Shown: positions 1 to 10,225, numbered from the stretch's first letter. The stretch: 64,000 nt of DNA from Cellvibrionales bacterium (GCA_024639455.1 JAHEIH010000004.1:161371-225370), one strand, 5' to 3'. Made by a program: numbers and translations. Notes: a model not told the origin generated them from the letters alone.

Positions 1-276
1 ACTTTCTTGCCCGACGAGGGGCAGGAAGAAACTTTAGAGGGGCGCGAGCTGGCGCGAGCTAGCGAAATGGAAAAGCAACAGCAGGTAGATATGCTACAGG
101 CCTTCCACGCGCGACATGCTGCTGAAGCGACAGCACAGTTACAGAGGCTTAAGACCGTAGCGCTGAGCAATGGCAATATTTTTGCCGCCTTAATGGAGGC
201 TGTACGTTACTGCTCATTGGGACAAATTAGCGATGCACTATTTGAAGTGGGGGGAACATACCGCCGCAATATGTAG
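1..276 (+). CDS. B12-dependent acyl-CoA mutase (methylmalonyl-CoA mutase family) catalytic subunit, 3' end only, truncated by window edge
   Basis: Frame 1 is open from base 1. The C-terminal GNIFAALMEAVRYCSLGQISDALFEVGGTYRR resembles the conserved end of the substrate-binding barrel of acyl-CoA mutases. The protein stops right after it, so no B12 domain is fused. Confidence 0.55.
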   Translation, partial: TFLPDEGQEETLEGRELARASEMEKQQQVDMLQAFHARHAAEATAQLQRLKTVALSNGNIFAALMEAVRYCSLGQISDALFEVGGTYRRNM

Positions 277-404
277 CGGCGGTGATTGTTTACGTTGTGA
301 GGGGTGTTGCAACCATTAATCCGTTGCTTTAAATCGCATTTGCTACCTTGCAAAGTGTCGGCGCCTCGTTTTAACTAGGTGTTATCTATCTTCTTAATAA
401 AGTC

Positions 405-1301
405 GTGCTATACGCTGCGTACACAAGGACGATTGGTGTGAATAGAGATGTTTCCCCCCTCATCGAAGCCAGTGAACTTTTACCCATGGTTGCCGAGCGG
501 ACCGTTAGGGTGATCGATGCCTCGTGGTATCTACCTAGCGAACAGCGCTATCCCCTTGCCGAATATGAAAATGCCCATATCCCTGGCGCGGTGTTTTTCG
601 ACATCGATGCGGTGTGCGACCGCAGTAGCCCTTTTCCACATATGCTACCCACAACGCCACAGTTTGAAGTGGCGCTTGGGGAGCTAGGCATAGGCAACCA
701 GGATGCAGTTGTGGTCTACGATGGCAGCGGTATGTTCTCGGCCCCTCGGGTGTGGTGGATGTTGCGCATATTTGGGCACGATAATGTCAGGGTTTTGAAT
801 GGTGGTTTACCTGCATGGATCGCCGCCGGGGGCGAAGTGGCAAATGTGCATGTCGATAACCCGGAGACAATAACGGCGACGACCTACCGCTCGACCTTCC
901 GTCCTGCGATGGTGACGGATATCGACACTGTGTGGCAGCAACTGCAGCAAGGAGTTGTGCAAGTACTGGATGCTCGCGCGGCGCCAAGATTTAAGGGAGA
1001 ACAACCGGAGCCGCGCCCCGGTGTGCGCTGCGGCCATATGCCGGGGGCGATCAATGTGCCGTTTAAGCAATTGCTCGATGCCAAAGGGCGCATGATGACG
1101 CCGCGCACTCTGCGAAGCCGCTTCGAAGAGGCTGGGGTGGATCTTGAGAAACCAATTATCACCAGTTGCGGGAGCGGCGTTACCGCCTGTGTTTTGGCGC
1201 TCGGATTGTACTGCTTAGATCGTGAAGATATTGCGGTTTATGACGGCTCGTGGTCAGAGTGGGGCAGTTGTGGTGACTACCCAGTAGAAACGGCGTCATA
1301 A
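405..1301 (+). CDS. sseA: 3-mercaptopyruvate sulfurtransferase (tandem rhodanese domains)
   Basis: Two rhodanese-like halves. The active-site loop CGSGVTAC near the C-terminus is typical of MST-type sulfurtransferases. The start is uncertain (GTG at 405 or GTG at 438). Confidence 0.8.
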   Translation: MLYAAYTRTIGVNRDVSPLIEASELLPMVAERTVRVIDASWYLPSEQRYPLAEYENAHIPGAVFFDIDAVCDRSSPFPHMLPTTPQFEVALGELGIGNQDAVVVYDGSGMFSAPRVWWMLRIFGHDNVRVLNGGLPAWIAAGGEVANVHVDNPETITATTYRSTFRPAMVTDIDTVWQQLQQGVVQVLDARAAPRFKGEQPEPRPGVRCGHMPGAINVPFKQLLDAKGRMMTPRTLRSRFEEAGVDLEKPIITSCGSGVTACVLALGLYCLDREDIAVYDGSWSEWGSCGDYPVETAS

Positions 1302-1351
1302 GTCCGCCTACATAGGTTACAATGCGGCCTTTAAGATAGAGGAGACGTGTT

Positions 1352-2119
1352 GTGAAATTGGTATCGTGGAACGTGAATGGTGTGCGCGCGGCAATGGGTA
1401 AGGATTTTGTGGCCTCATTCCAAGCCTTGCAGCCAGATGTGCTGTGTTTACAGGAGACCAAGGCGCAGGATGATCAGGTCGCCGAGGCCCTTGCGCCACT
1501 TGATGGATACCATATCTACAGCAATTCAGCCGTCAAAAAAGGTTATTCAGGCACCGCTATTATTAGCCGTGAAAAGCCCCTCTCTGTTCAGGCCGATATG
1601 GGTATCGAGGAGCACGATCAGGAGGGACGCTTGCTGTGCGCGGAATTCCAAGAGTTTTACTTGGTGACGGTATACACTCCTAATTCCGCCAACGAATTGA
1701 AACGCTTGCCCTATAGACAACAGTGGGATGTCGACTTTCTCAATTATGTGCAAAAGCTCGAACAAATAAAACCTGTGGTGGTGTGTGGTGATCTCAACGT
1801 AGCCCACCGCGAAATCGATATTGCCCGTCCCAAATCTAACTACAACAAAAGCCCTGGCTACACCCAGGCGGAAATCGATGGCATGGACAATCTGCAACGT
1901 GCGGGTTTTGTCGATACCTTCCGTCACCAGCACCCCGACGAGGTGAAATACTCTTGGTGGAGCTATCGCGCTGGCGCGCGTGGAAAAAACATAGGTTGGC
2001 GGATTGATTACTTTTTGATTTCACCTGCCTTGCTAGGTAAATGCCAAGCAAGCGAGATTCACAACGACATTATGGGGTCAGATCATTGCCCGGTCAGTAT
2101 CGAGCTCAATGCCCAATAG
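1352..2119 (+). CDS. xthA: exodeoxyribonuclease III (AP endonuclease)
   Basis: N-terminus MKLVSWNVNGVRA, and the motifs LCLQETK, VVCGDLNVAH and SDHCPV of the ExoIII/EEP family. GTG start preceded by AGAGGAG. Confidence 0.9.
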   Translation: MKLVSWNVNGVRAAMGKDFVASFQALQPDVLCLQETKAQDDQVAEALAPLDGYHIYSNSAVKKGYSGTAIISREKPLSVQADMGIEEHDQEGRLLCAEFQEFYLVTVYTPNSANELKRLPYRQQWDVDFLNYVQKLEQIKPVVVCGDLNVAHREIDIARPKSNYNKSPGYTQAEIDGMDNLQRAGFVDTFRHQHPDEVKYSWWSYRAGARGKNIGWRIDYFLISPALLGKCQASEIHNDIMGSDHCPVSIELNAQ

Positions 2120-2120
2120 A

Positions 2121-2146
2121 AAACAGCCGCAAGGCTGTTTTTTTTT
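2121..2146 (+). terminator. rho-independent terminator after xthA
   Basis: Stem AACAGCC / GGCTGTT with loop GCAA, followed by a run of T to 2146. Confidence 0.85.
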
Positions 2147-2303
2147 GCTTGCAGAGCGACGGCCCGGAGTAGCCAAATTGAACGCAACAGTGAAATTTTT
2201 TGTCAGGTTTAAAATTGGCTGGAATACACACCCCATGCGGCTTTCAAGAATATTAGAAAAGTTTGAATAAAAAACGAGCGAAATAAAGTGTTTGCAATCT
2301 ATA

Positions 2304-2321
2304 AATGTAATCGGTTACATT
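2304..2321. promoter_or_regulatory. LacI-family operator-like palindrome AATGTAATCGGTTACATT
   Basis: 16/18 palindromic. The core TGTAATCGGTTACA (2306-2319) fits the motif repeated six more times in this window. It overlaps a plausible TTGCAA-N18-TACATT promoter upstream of the 2428 gene. Confidence 0.6.
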
Positions 2322-2427
2322 CTTATCGCTCAGAAAAATTTCGCAAAAACAATGGGTTTTAGGCGTAGTGTTGTTGCCTGAAGACTCGTCGATAATCATA
2401 AAATGTTAAGCGTTTACGAGGTGTTAT

Positions 2428-3000
2428 ATGGATATCCCAGTCACTATGTTGCTCCCCAAGAAAGTGCCCAAGCAAAGTCGCTCGGCGATTTTGGTCTACT
2501 CGGTTCTTGATACTTGTGAAGCCATGTTGCTGGAGGGCTGGTCTCCACAGTCTTCACTGGCACCTCTTGTTGAACGCGTTGGCATCTTTAACAGTTCGTT
2601 GTATCAGTACTTTCACACCAAGGAAGGTATTATTCTGGCGACTTACGAGTACATGTTTAAAAAAGTCTTGGCCCGCACCGACATTAGCCTGGAAGAGCGC
2701 AACGCTGAAATTGCACGTCGCCATCGCTTACTGCGTCGCCTCGATGAGCCCTTTTACCTGTTTTGGATGAATTTACGCCAGAACGACTCGATTTACCGCG
2801 AGTTCTTTGTTGAAAAAGGTATGCAAAGCAAAATTTCACGTTACTGCCAACTGCTGGGTTTTTGGGGAGATGCTGATCGCGTAACGCCCGAAAGTGTTGT
2901 CTGCACGTTACCCATGGACAGCGAATCCAAAGCTTGTCGTTTGGGCTTTACTAAGCCGCTGCAAATGCAAGCAGGCTACGCCGCCGCTATGGCTGGTTAA
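2428..3000 (+). CDS. TetR-family-like transcriptional regulator
   Basis: The N-terminal segment QSRSAILVYSVLDTCEAMLLEG...SSLYQYFHTKEGI matches the TetR HTH pattern (RTR..IL....LF...G......GS.Y.YF.sKe.l). The C-terminal part is divergent. Confidence 0.6.
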   Translation: MDIPVTMLLPKKVPKQSRSAILVYSVLDTCEAMLLEGWSPQSSLAPLVERVGIFNSSLYQYFHTKEGIILATYEYMFKKVLARTDISLEERNAEIARRHRLLRRLDEPFYLFWMNLRQNDSIYREFFVEKGMQSKISRYCQLLGFWGDADRVTPESVVCTLPMDSESKACRLGFTKPLQMQAGYAAAMAG

Positions 3001-3020
3001 GCGATAGATTTTATAGATAT

Positions 3021-3060
3021 AAAAAGCCCTGTACCTCATGAAGGTACAGGGCTTTTTTTT
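3021..3060. terminator. bidirectional rho-independent terminator between convergent genes
   Basis: Perfect 12-bp stem AGCCCTGTACCT / AGGTACAGGGCT (3025-3053), with an A-run on the left and a T-run on the right. Confidence 0.9.
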
Positions 3061-3134
3061 GGCTAGGGACTGCGACTGCCTTATCTCCCGAAGGCCATGA
3101 ATGGCCTAGAGGGATGCGCGGCAAGGATGTTTTG

Positions 3135-5372
3135 TTACCCTTTCAACGCCTTGATAAAAGGCTGATCGTACAAGCGTTTGCCTGAAGCGCTGTATATCGC
3201 ATTGGCCAGTGCGGGCATCGCCGGTGGCATCGGAGGTTCACCCAAGCCTGTCGGGTCGATTTGGCTTTCCACAAAATGTACATCGATATTGTTGGGAGCT
3301 TCCAACATTCGAATAATGCGGTAGTTATCGAGATTGCGTTTCTGTGGCACGCCTTCGACGAAGGTCAGTTCACCGTACATCGCATTGCCGATACCGTCTA
3401 CGATACCGCCCTCCGCCATGTTGATGGCGCCGTCGCGATTCACCACGATGCCGCAGTCAAGCGCCGAGGTGACGTTGACGACGGTTGGTTCGCCGTTGGC
3501 CATGTCCACTTCGACAATGTTGCAGCAATAGGAGTTATGGCAGAAGTAAGCGGCCACACCCATGGCGCGATCGCCGCGAGCATTCCAATTTACTTTGTCA
3601 CGGGCGAGCTTTAATACACCGGCGTAGCGGTTGGCATCGTAATCATTTTTTTCGCCCACGGGGTTGTTGGCGGCGCGTTCAAGCAGTTGCAAACGGAATT
3701 CGATGGGATCGGCACCGGCGGTTTCAGCGACTTCATCCAAGAAGCACTGTTCTGCGGTGGCCATGAAGTTTGAGTTGGGTGCGCGGAAGGCACCGACAGT
3801 GATATTCGATGCTACCGATCCCTCTTCCCACAAGAAATTATCCACGGCGCCGGCGGGGAAGCGATTTGGAAAGCTGCAAGGCTCCGGTACGCCGGCTGAA
3901 CGGACGTGGTAACCAATAAGTTGGTTGTTAGCGTCTAATGCAGCGCGCAACTTGATCAGGTAGGAGGGGCGATAGACGCCGACAGTCATATCCTCTTCGC
4001 GGTCGTAGGTCAGGTGCACAGGGCGTTGCACGTGTTGAGAGATCAGTGCGACTTCGGTAGCAAAGTGCAAATAGAGTCGGCGACCAAATCCACCTCCCAT
4101 TCGGGTCATGACAATTTCAACCTTGCTGGGATCCATACCTAAATGTGCGGCTACAGTGTTGTGTGCCAATACAGGCCCTTGGTGGGGGCCGATCAGCTTG
4201 GCGCTCTCTTTGCCCACATCGGCGAAAAAGTTTAGAGGCTCCATCGGATTGTGCGCTAAAAAGGGCGCGCTGTAAGTGCGTTCAACCACTTTGGCAGCGT
4301 TGGCAAAGGCCGTGCTGGGATCACCGTCAAGGCGTTTTTGTTCCATATCGCCATCGATCAAGGCTTGCATCGCCTTGTTGTGATCAGTGGTACTTTCCAC
4401 TTGCTTGGGTACAGTGACAGTACTCTTGTTACCGAAGAAGTCCGCTGACTGATAGGAATAAGACTCTTGGAGTTTCCACGTTACCATGATGGCTTTTTTG
4501 GCCTTCAGCACATGCCAGGTAGTGTCGCCGACAATGGCGATCACTTCGCGGAAGGCGGCCACATCGGAGAAACCACGCACAAAATCATCGGGGAATAGCT
4601 TAATAGTAAAGATGTCGTGAATGCCTGGCATCTTTTTGGCGTCGCTCGCATCGTAACTATCGATGGTCATGCCGAAGGCAGGGGCATGCAGCACAGTGGC
4701 GCGTAGCATACCTTCCTGGCGTACGTCGATGCCAAACATGGCGTCGCCTTTAACGATGCTTGGCCCGACTAAGTTTTTGCGTGAAGTGCCAACGATGTTG
4801 AAGTCAGCTTTGTCTTTGAGTGTGGCCTCTTTAGGCAGTGGTAGCATGGCTGCTGCCGCGGCCATCTCGCCATAGCTAGCGCGTTTACCACTGGCGTGGC
4901 TCAGCATTGAATTTTCGGTGTGTATTTCGTCAACAGGCACGCCCCAGGCATTGGCAGCAGCGGTGCGCATCATTTGCCGAGCCGTGGCGCCGGCCATGCG
5001 CAGCCCTCCCCAGTTATTCATCACAGACCAGCTGCCACCGCTGATTTGCATACCGAATTTCTTGGCGTTGTAAGGCGCTTGAACCGCGCGAATATCTTCC
5101 CAGTTCGCATCCATCTCCTCGGCGGCAATCATTGGGAACGAGGTCATTAAGTTCTGGCCGAAGTCGGGGTTAGCGACGTTGACTTCGATATCTCCACTAG
5201 GGTGAATCGACAAAATGGCGTTCAGCTCAAACCATTCGCTTGGCGCTTCTTTGGCGTCGGCGGCGAGAGTATGAGGCGCGGCTAGTAAGTTAAAACCTAG
5301 TGATAAGCCGCCGGCGGTGGCGGTGGCTTTTAAGAAAGAACGGCGTCCAATGGCTGTCTTAAAGATCGTCAT
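3135..5372 (-). CDS. molybdopterin-binding subunit of an IorB/aldehyde-oxidase-type molybdenum hydroxylase, Tat-exported
   Basis: 745 aa. Twin-arginine signal IGRRSFLKATATAGGLSL. Similar over its length to xanthine dehydrogenase-family beta subunits (for example GGGFGRR). It lies next to a 2Fe-2S subunit, XdhC and MocA. Confidence 0.85.
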   Translation of the reverse strand: MTIFKTAIGRRSFLKATATAGGLSLGFNLLAAPHTLAADAKEAPSEWFELNAILSIHPSGDIEVNVANPDFGQNLMTSFPMIAAEEMDANWEDIRAVQAPYNAKKFGMQISGGSWSVMNNWGGLRMAGATARQMMRTAAANAWGVPVDEIHTENSMLSHASGKRASYGEMAAAAAMLPLPKEATLKDKADFNIVGTSRKNLVGPSIVKGDAMFGIDVRQEGMLRATVLHAPAFGMTIDSYDASDAKKMPGIHDIFTIKLFPDDFVRGFSDVAAFREVIAIVGDTTWHVLKAKKAIMVTWKLQESYSYQSADFFGNKSTVTVPKQVESTTDHNKAMQALIDGDMEQKRLDGDPSTAFANAAKVVERTYSAPFLAHNPMEPLNFFADVGKESAKLIGPHQGPVLAHNTVAAHLGMDPSKVEIVMTRMGGGFGRRLYLHFATEVALISQHVQRPVHLTYDREEDMTVGVYRPSYLIKLRAALDANNQLIGYHVRSAGVPEPCSFPNRFPAGAVDNFLWEEGSVASNITVGAFRAPNSNFMATAEQCFLDEVAETAGADPIEFRLQLLERAANNPVGEKNDYDANRYAGVLKLARDKVNWNARGDRAMGVAAYFCHNSYCCNIVEVDMANGEPTVVNVTSALDCGIVVNRDGAINMAEGGIVDGIGNAMYGELTFVEGVPQKRNLDNYRIIRMLEAPNNIDVHFVESQIDPTGLGEPPMPPAMPALANAIYSASGKRLYDQPFIKALKG

Positions 5373-5383
5373 GGTGGGCCTCC

Positions 5384-5848
5384 TTATGCTTTTTGAGCAG
5401 CGGATTTAATCGCTGCACGAATACGTGTGTAGGTACCGCAGCGACAAATGTTGCCACTCATGAATTGGTCGATATCGGCATCGCTAGGGTCGGGGATTTG
5501 TGCCAATAGTGCCGCTGCGGACATCATCTGGCCGGGCTGACAGTAGCCACACTGCGCTACGTCATGCTCAAGCCAGGCTTCTTGAACAGCGTGCATGCGG
5601 CCGGCGTCATAGGCAAGCCCTTCAATGGTGATGACACTAGCCTCTCCAACGGCAGAAACGGGCAGTTGGCAGGAGCGAACCGCGGCGCCATTAATGTGCA
5701 CGGTACACGCACCGCACGCGCCGGCACCGCAGCCAAACTTGGTGCCGACCATGTCGAGTGAATCACGTAATACCCACAGCATAGGAGTGTCTGGATCGAC
5801 GTCGACCGTGACCGCTTGTTGGTTAATGTTAAGGGTGTATTTAGCCAT
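5384..5848 (-). CDS. (2Fe-2S)-binding small subunit of the molybdenum hydroxylase
   Basis: Cluster motifs [12 protein letters not shown] and CGYCQPG...CRCGTY are typical of IorA/CoxS-type subunits. Confidence 0.9.
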   Translation of the reverse strand: MAKYTLNINQQAVTVDVDPDTPMLWVLRDSLDMVGTKFGCGAGACGACTVHINGAAVRSCQLPVSAVGEASVITIEGLAYDAGRMHAVQEAWLEHDVAQCGYCQPGQMMSAAALLAQIPDPSDADIDQFMSGNICRCGTYTRIRAAIKSAAQKA

Positions 5849-5853
5849 GAGTA

Positions 5854-6429
5854 CTACCTCGTGTAATTTTTTGCTCGAAAAACGTCGAGCTGTTCCTTGG
5901 TATCAATATCAATCGCCGCGTTAGGCATATCAATTGCCACTATCGTGTCGTTCTGTTGTAACAGTTGTCTAGCCCCTTGGTCGCCTTCAAGTGCGGTCAA
6001 CGCCTTCCAATGCTGAACGGCAAAGATGGCTGGTACGCCTCTTCTATCGGCGTAGTAAGCGCACACACTACGCTGTCCATCAAAGGCCTGTGTCAGGCGT
6101 AATATATCCTCACTGGTCACCGCCACCTGGTCTGCCAGCAGAATGAGAATGCCATCCGCGTGCTCTACTTGTTCTACGCCATAGGCGATGCTGTGGCCAA
6201 GGCCGAGCGGCCAATTCTGACAATAGTGCAGCGTCGCGCCTTGTAAGGATGCATGTTGCATTTTCTCGTGCCATGCACCACTAATAATTCTTATGTCTTC
6301 AATATCCGCCTGGTTTAAGCGCGTGATGGCACTGCCAAGCAGGTGTGTGTCACCAAGCGGTTGCAGTGCCTTACAGTCGCCAAAGCGACGAGCAGCACCC
6401 GCCGCCATTAGCAGTGCGACAAGTCGCAT
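5854..6429 (-). CDS. MobA/MocA-like molybdenum cofactor nucleotidyltransferase
   Basis: N-terminus [12 protein letters not shown] (NTP_transf_3 signature), 191 aa, and its position in the Mo-enzyme maturation context. Confidence 0.75.
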   Translation of the reverse strand: MRLVALLMAAGAARRFGDCKALQPLGDTHLLGSAITRLNQADIEDIRIISGAWHEKMQHASLQGATLHYCQNWPLGLGHSIAYGVEQVEHADGILILLADQVAVTSEDILRLTQAFDGQRSVCAYYADRRGVPAIFAVQHWKALTALEGDQGARQLLQQNDTIVAIDMPNAAIDIDTKEQLDVFRAKNYTR

Positions 6430-7418
6430 AAGTCTAGTACACCACTAATGGAACCGCCCTGTCGACCCGCCATTTTCGCTTGGGCTTCAGCCAAGATCGC
6501 CATGGCAATCGATTCGGGCAATGTGCCGCCGATGCTCAAGCCGGCGGGGCCAGCCAACACCTTAGGTTTGGCAATGCCCGCGGTGGATAACACTTGCTGC
6601 ATGCGGTGATCCGGCCCTAATAAGCCGATATAGCATGCTTCGGTCTTGCTTAGGCATTTCATTGCTAGCGCATCGAGGCTGACGCTATGGCTCATCACAA
6701 CCGCGATATCGACCGGCTGGCTGGCGAGGTAATGCTGCAAATGGGACTCATCGCCATCTAATAAATGGTGGACTTTTTGGAAGTGCTCCTGGCGGCCATG
6801 TGCCGGGCGTGGATCCCATAACGAAATATGCCAACCCAAGGTGTGGGCGATGTCTATCAATGGTCGTGCATCAATACCACCACCGGCCACGAAAAGGTGC
6901 GGTGGCGGTGTATAGGGGACGATCAAGGTATGTTCACGCATTTGCGCGCGGTCGGTATTAGGCGCGTTGCGAGTGACATGGTAGCTGTGTGTCGCGCAAG
7001 GAATACCGCTGCCAATCGCAAGGTCGTGATTGCCGCTAATTCGCTGCCGGAGATTGTTGAGCACCTCGGTGAGGCCAAGGTAGTGATTGTCTGCCTCGAC
7101 CACTTGCAGCATGATATCGACGGTGCCGCCACAGCCGATACCCATTTGAAAGGCCATATCGTCTTCGTCGTTGCCATCGTAGCGCACCAGAGCACTGCGC
7201 TTGTCATGCATCACTCGCCGTGCCTTGCTGTGCAGGTCAGATTCCAAACAGCCGCCACTGAGCATGCCTAGTTGCTGTCCCTCGCTACCAAACAACATCA
7301 ACGCCCCAGCTTTGCGGTAGGCCGAGCCAGCGGTGGAATACACCACGCCTAGCACCCATTGCGAACTATCGCGTTGTGGAGACCACTGGTTGAGAATGTC
7401 GAGTTGTTGATGGCTCAT
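6408..7418 (-). CDS. XdhC/CoxI-family molybdenum hydroxylase maturation factor
   Basis: XdhC-type segments GSAYRKAGALMLF...MLSGGCLE plus a Rossmann-like C-terminal half. The ORF is open to 7478, but the ATG at 7418 (MSHQQLD...) gives the usual N-terminal length. Confidence 0.75.
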   Translation of the reverse strand: MSHQQLDILNQWSPQRDSSQWVLGVVYSTAGSAYRKAGALMLFGSEGQQLGMLSGGCLESDLHSKARRVMHDKRSALVRYDGNDEDDMAFQMGIGCGGTVDIMLQVVEADNHYLGLTEVLNNLRQRISGNHDLAIGSGIPCATHSYHVTRNAPNTDRAQMREHTLIVPYTPPPHLFVAGGGIDARPLIDIAHTLGWHISLWDPRPAHGRQEHFQKVHHLLDGDESHLQHYLASQPVDIAVVMSHSVSLDALAMKCLSKTEACYIGLLGPDHRMQQVLSTAGIAKPKVLAGPAGLSIGGTLPESIAMAILAEAQAKMAGRQGGSISGVLDLCDLSHC

Positions 7419-7490
7419 GCACAATTCCAAAGTAAGAAACCCTATTGAAGGTGGTTCAATAGGGTCCCGCAATATCAAATGGCGACAAGC

Positions 7491-9839
7491 CTACCATTTG
7501 TCCTTTTGGTAGCGTTGGTTGCGGGCGTCTTTGATGACGCCAGACCAGTTCAAACCGAAGCCGAAGTCATAGTCGTTGCCCTTGCTGTCGACATAGGTCT
7601 CCATGTCCATCGGCATGTCTTCCTGTTGTTTTTCTACCGTGGCCATATCGATGGGCATCTGCATGGGCAGAAGACCGCTAGGCTCGGCGCGGCCGGTCAA
7701 CATGTCTTGGATGGCGCTGACTTGCACGCCAAATTCCAGCAATATGCCATCGACTAATGGCTCAACGTCGCCGAACACCATCGGGTTAGTCGCGCTGACC
7801 ACCATGATCACAGGCTTGTCGCCCATAGTTTTACGCAATGCCTGCAGCATCGGTAGGTCGGGGCGGCTATTAGATTTTGCCGTTTTCCCTTTGTAAGAGC
7901 GGTTGGTAATTTTGGGGTCAACGACGGGGTCGCCAGCGGCAATACTCTGTTCGCGTGCTTCGGTGGCGACGTAGTCGGCATGTTGCAAGCTGATGGGTAA
8001 GTAACCGTTGCCACCAGCGGCGCGGTCGCTACGCGAGTAAGGGTCGCTCACGGGGCTCTTCACGAAGGCCAGCGCAAAGTCAGCTTGAGTGGGATCATCG
8101 GTGACCACAAAATCCTTCGCCAACAAGTTGCGATCGATGGGATACATCTCGTGCGCAGGATCGGGGTAGCCGAAGAAGTTGAGCTTCTCGGGCACCGAAA
8201 TCTTGGGTACATACACCACTTTTTTGTCGGCGGGGAGCGGTAACACAGCATCGTTTTTCAACATTACGATCGATTTCAATTGCGCGTCGTAGCCTGCTGC
8301 CATGTACTCGGGTTTGCCGACCACTGCGGTGGTGGTTTCAGGATTCAAGTAGGGGTTTTCAAACAGGCCAACGCGGAAGATGTTTTTCAGCAAGCGCACC
8401 GCTGAGCGCTCGATGCGTGCGCGCGCGGCTTTTGTGCCATACTTTTCGCTCAGCACGTTGAAGGCGCCCAGCACAGGCCCCGCTTCATTGTTACCACCGA
8501 ATTGATCGAGGCCTGCTTCCAGTACTTTGACATGGCGCTCTACCACGTCCAGTGTTTCAACCCCCCAGTTTTTACCCGCAAAGACAGCGGGGTCTTTGCC
8601 TTCATCCCAGGTAATACCCCAGTCGGTGCATACTACACCGTCGTAGCCAAAGCGCTCGCGCAGCAGATCGGTAATGATGTACTTGCTGAAGCCGTTGCCG
8701 ACGTTTTCGCCGTACACGGTGTCTTGCTCATAGGAAATGGTGTAATAGGGCATTACCGCTGAGGCACTGCCCGTTTTGCCCTTCAATTTGAAGGCGCCTT
8801 CGACGAAGGGTTTCATGTGGGTTTCGAACTGACCGCCGGGATAGACGGCGAACTTACCGTACGCAAAGTGACCGTCGCGGCCGCCTTCTTCGGGACCACC
8901 GCTGGGCCAGTGTTTGACCATGGTGTTAACACTCTGCCAACCCCAACCATCGGCCAGCTCCTGTGATGCTGGGCTAGTTTGGAAACCGTCCACATACGCG
9001 CGCGCTAAATCGGTTGCCAGTGCAGGGTGGCCGCCAAAGGTGCCGTACAGACGGTTCCAACGCGGTTCTGTGGCCAAATCAATTTGTGGTGACAGCGCGG
9101 TAGTAATACCGAGGGCGCGGTATTCAATCGATGCGATGCGGCCAAATTCTTCGGTGATACTTGGATCAAAGGTGGCAGCCAAGCCAATTTGTTCGGGCCA
9201 CTGCGAAATGGTGCCGCCTGATCCCGCATTGTATTCCGCCTCTTTGCGCGCACCGTGACGAGGGTCGGAAGAATTGTTAGCGGGAATGCCAAAGCCAATG
9301 CTTTCGGCGAGGGCTTGCAGGTTGTTATTCCAGAGCGCGGCGACTTCGGGGCTTTCAACGTTGGTCAGTAGCACGTGGCGCAGGTGGTCTTCAGTAATGA
9401 ACTGCTTCTGGGCATCACTCAATGTGTGCGAAGGCAGTCCCGATTCGCTAAATGGCTTGCCGTTGTAGGTCGCGGCGAAATAGCCGCTGTCGGCCGCGGG
9501 TATCGCTTGGTGTTTGCTGTATAGCATCAACCCGGCAATCTCGGCTTCGCTGAGCATGCTAGCAAGATTCTTGGCGCGTGTGTCTGCGTCGAGGCGCCAG
9601 TCTTCGTATGGGTCGAGTTGGCCATTTTTGTTTAGATCTTTAAAGGGCAGCCCGTCGACTTCCAAAATACTCACGCCCGAGGTCTTCGAATAGGTCAGGA
9701 AGGGCTTGCCAGCGATAGACACTTGCATCACATCGCCGTGCATGGCGGTTTCGGTCCACGTGGGTGGCTTGTCGGCGCAGCCAACCAACGCACTACTGGC
9801 GACGGCGGCGGCAATCAGGGATTGCTTAAAGGTTTGCAT
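7491..9839 (-). CDS. glycoside hydrolase family 3 (beta-glucosidase-like) lipoprotein
   Basis: 782 aa. Lipobox ALVGC at the N-terminus. GH3-type segments (KHWPSGGPEEGGRDGH, VCTDWG). Confidence 0.85.
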   Translation of the reverse strand: MQTFKQSLIAAAVASSALVGCADKPPTWTETAMHGDVMQVSIAGKPFLTYSKTSGVSILEVDGLPFKDLNKNGQLDPYEDWRLDADTRAKNLASMLSEAEIAGLMLYSKHQAIPAADSGYFAATYNGKPFSESGLPSHTLSDAQKQFITEDHLRHVLLTNVESPEVAALWNNNLQALAESIGFGIPANNSSDPRHGARKEAEYNAGSGGTISQWPEQIGLAATFDPSITEEFGRIASIEYRALGITTALSPQIDLATEPRWNRLYGTFGGHPALATDLARAYVDGFQTSPASQELADGWGWQSVNTMVKHWPSGGPEEGGRDGHFAYGKFAVYPGGQFETHMKPFVEGAFKLKGKTGSASAVMPYYTISYEQDTVYGENVGNGFSKYIITDLLRERFGYDGVVCTDWGITWDEGKDPAVFAGKNWGVETLDVVERHVKVLEAGLDQFGGNNEAGPVLGAFNVLSEKYGTKAARARIERSAVRLLKNIFRVGLFENPYLNPETTTAVVGKPEYMAAGYDAQLKSIVMLKNDAVLPLPADKKVVYVPKISVPEKLNFFGYPDPAHEMYPIDRNLLAKDFVVTDDPTQADFALAFVKSPVSDPYSRSDRAAGGNGYLPISLQHADYVATEAREQSIAAGDPVVDPKITNRSYKGKTAKSNSRPDLPMLQALRKTMGDKPVIMVVSATNPMVFGDVEPLVDGILLEFGVQVSAIQDMLTGRAEPSGLLPMQMPIDMATVEKQQEDMPMDMETYVDSKGNDYDFGFGLNWSGVIKDARNQRYQKDKW

Positions 9840-10184
9840 GTGGTGCCTCTCGTTGCTGGGGTGACATCACCCCGTCAGGTTTTATCAGTGCATCATGTTA
9901 CCCCAAGCATGCAGCGGTGTAGGGTGAATTTTGTAAGGTTGTTCGGGGTATTTAGAAAAAATTATTGGCCGATGAATAACGGCTGGGATACCTTGTTCAA
10001 AACAACAGGATAGGAACCGTGCCATGAGGAACTTTCTCGCCGTTTTTACGGGGCGCCAAGATGGCGCGAATGCCTAGCGTTGGCAGGTATTGAACGAGGA
10101 TGAGCGGCAGCGATGTTTATCGCTCATCCGCATTTTCGCTGTTTCCCAGGTGATGGGGTGGAAGTGATAGAATATATGCCCATG

Positions 10185-10207
10185 CCGGATGGTCAATAGA
10201 CCACCGG
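10185..10207 (-). terminator. weak hairpin downstream of the small-subunit gene
   Basis: CCGG(A)TGGTC / GACCACCGG stem with loop AATA. The U-tract on the minus strand is poor. Confidence 0.3.
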
Positions 10208-10225
10208 CAGGGTAAGTCGGCTAAC

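Noticed and set aside
1-276. Functional link between the acyl-CoA mutase fragment at the window start and the CoA island at 35-60 kb
   Set aside because: They are separated by more than 35 kb of unrelated genes and by several terminators. There is no sequence-level evidence of co-regulation.
10098-10128. Inverted repeat GATGAGCG-N14-CGCTCATC in the GMC-operon/GH3 spacer as a terminator
   Set aside because: The loop is long. The T-rich tail is on the plus strand, where nothing is transcribed towards it, and there is no U-run on the minus strand. Function is undetermined.
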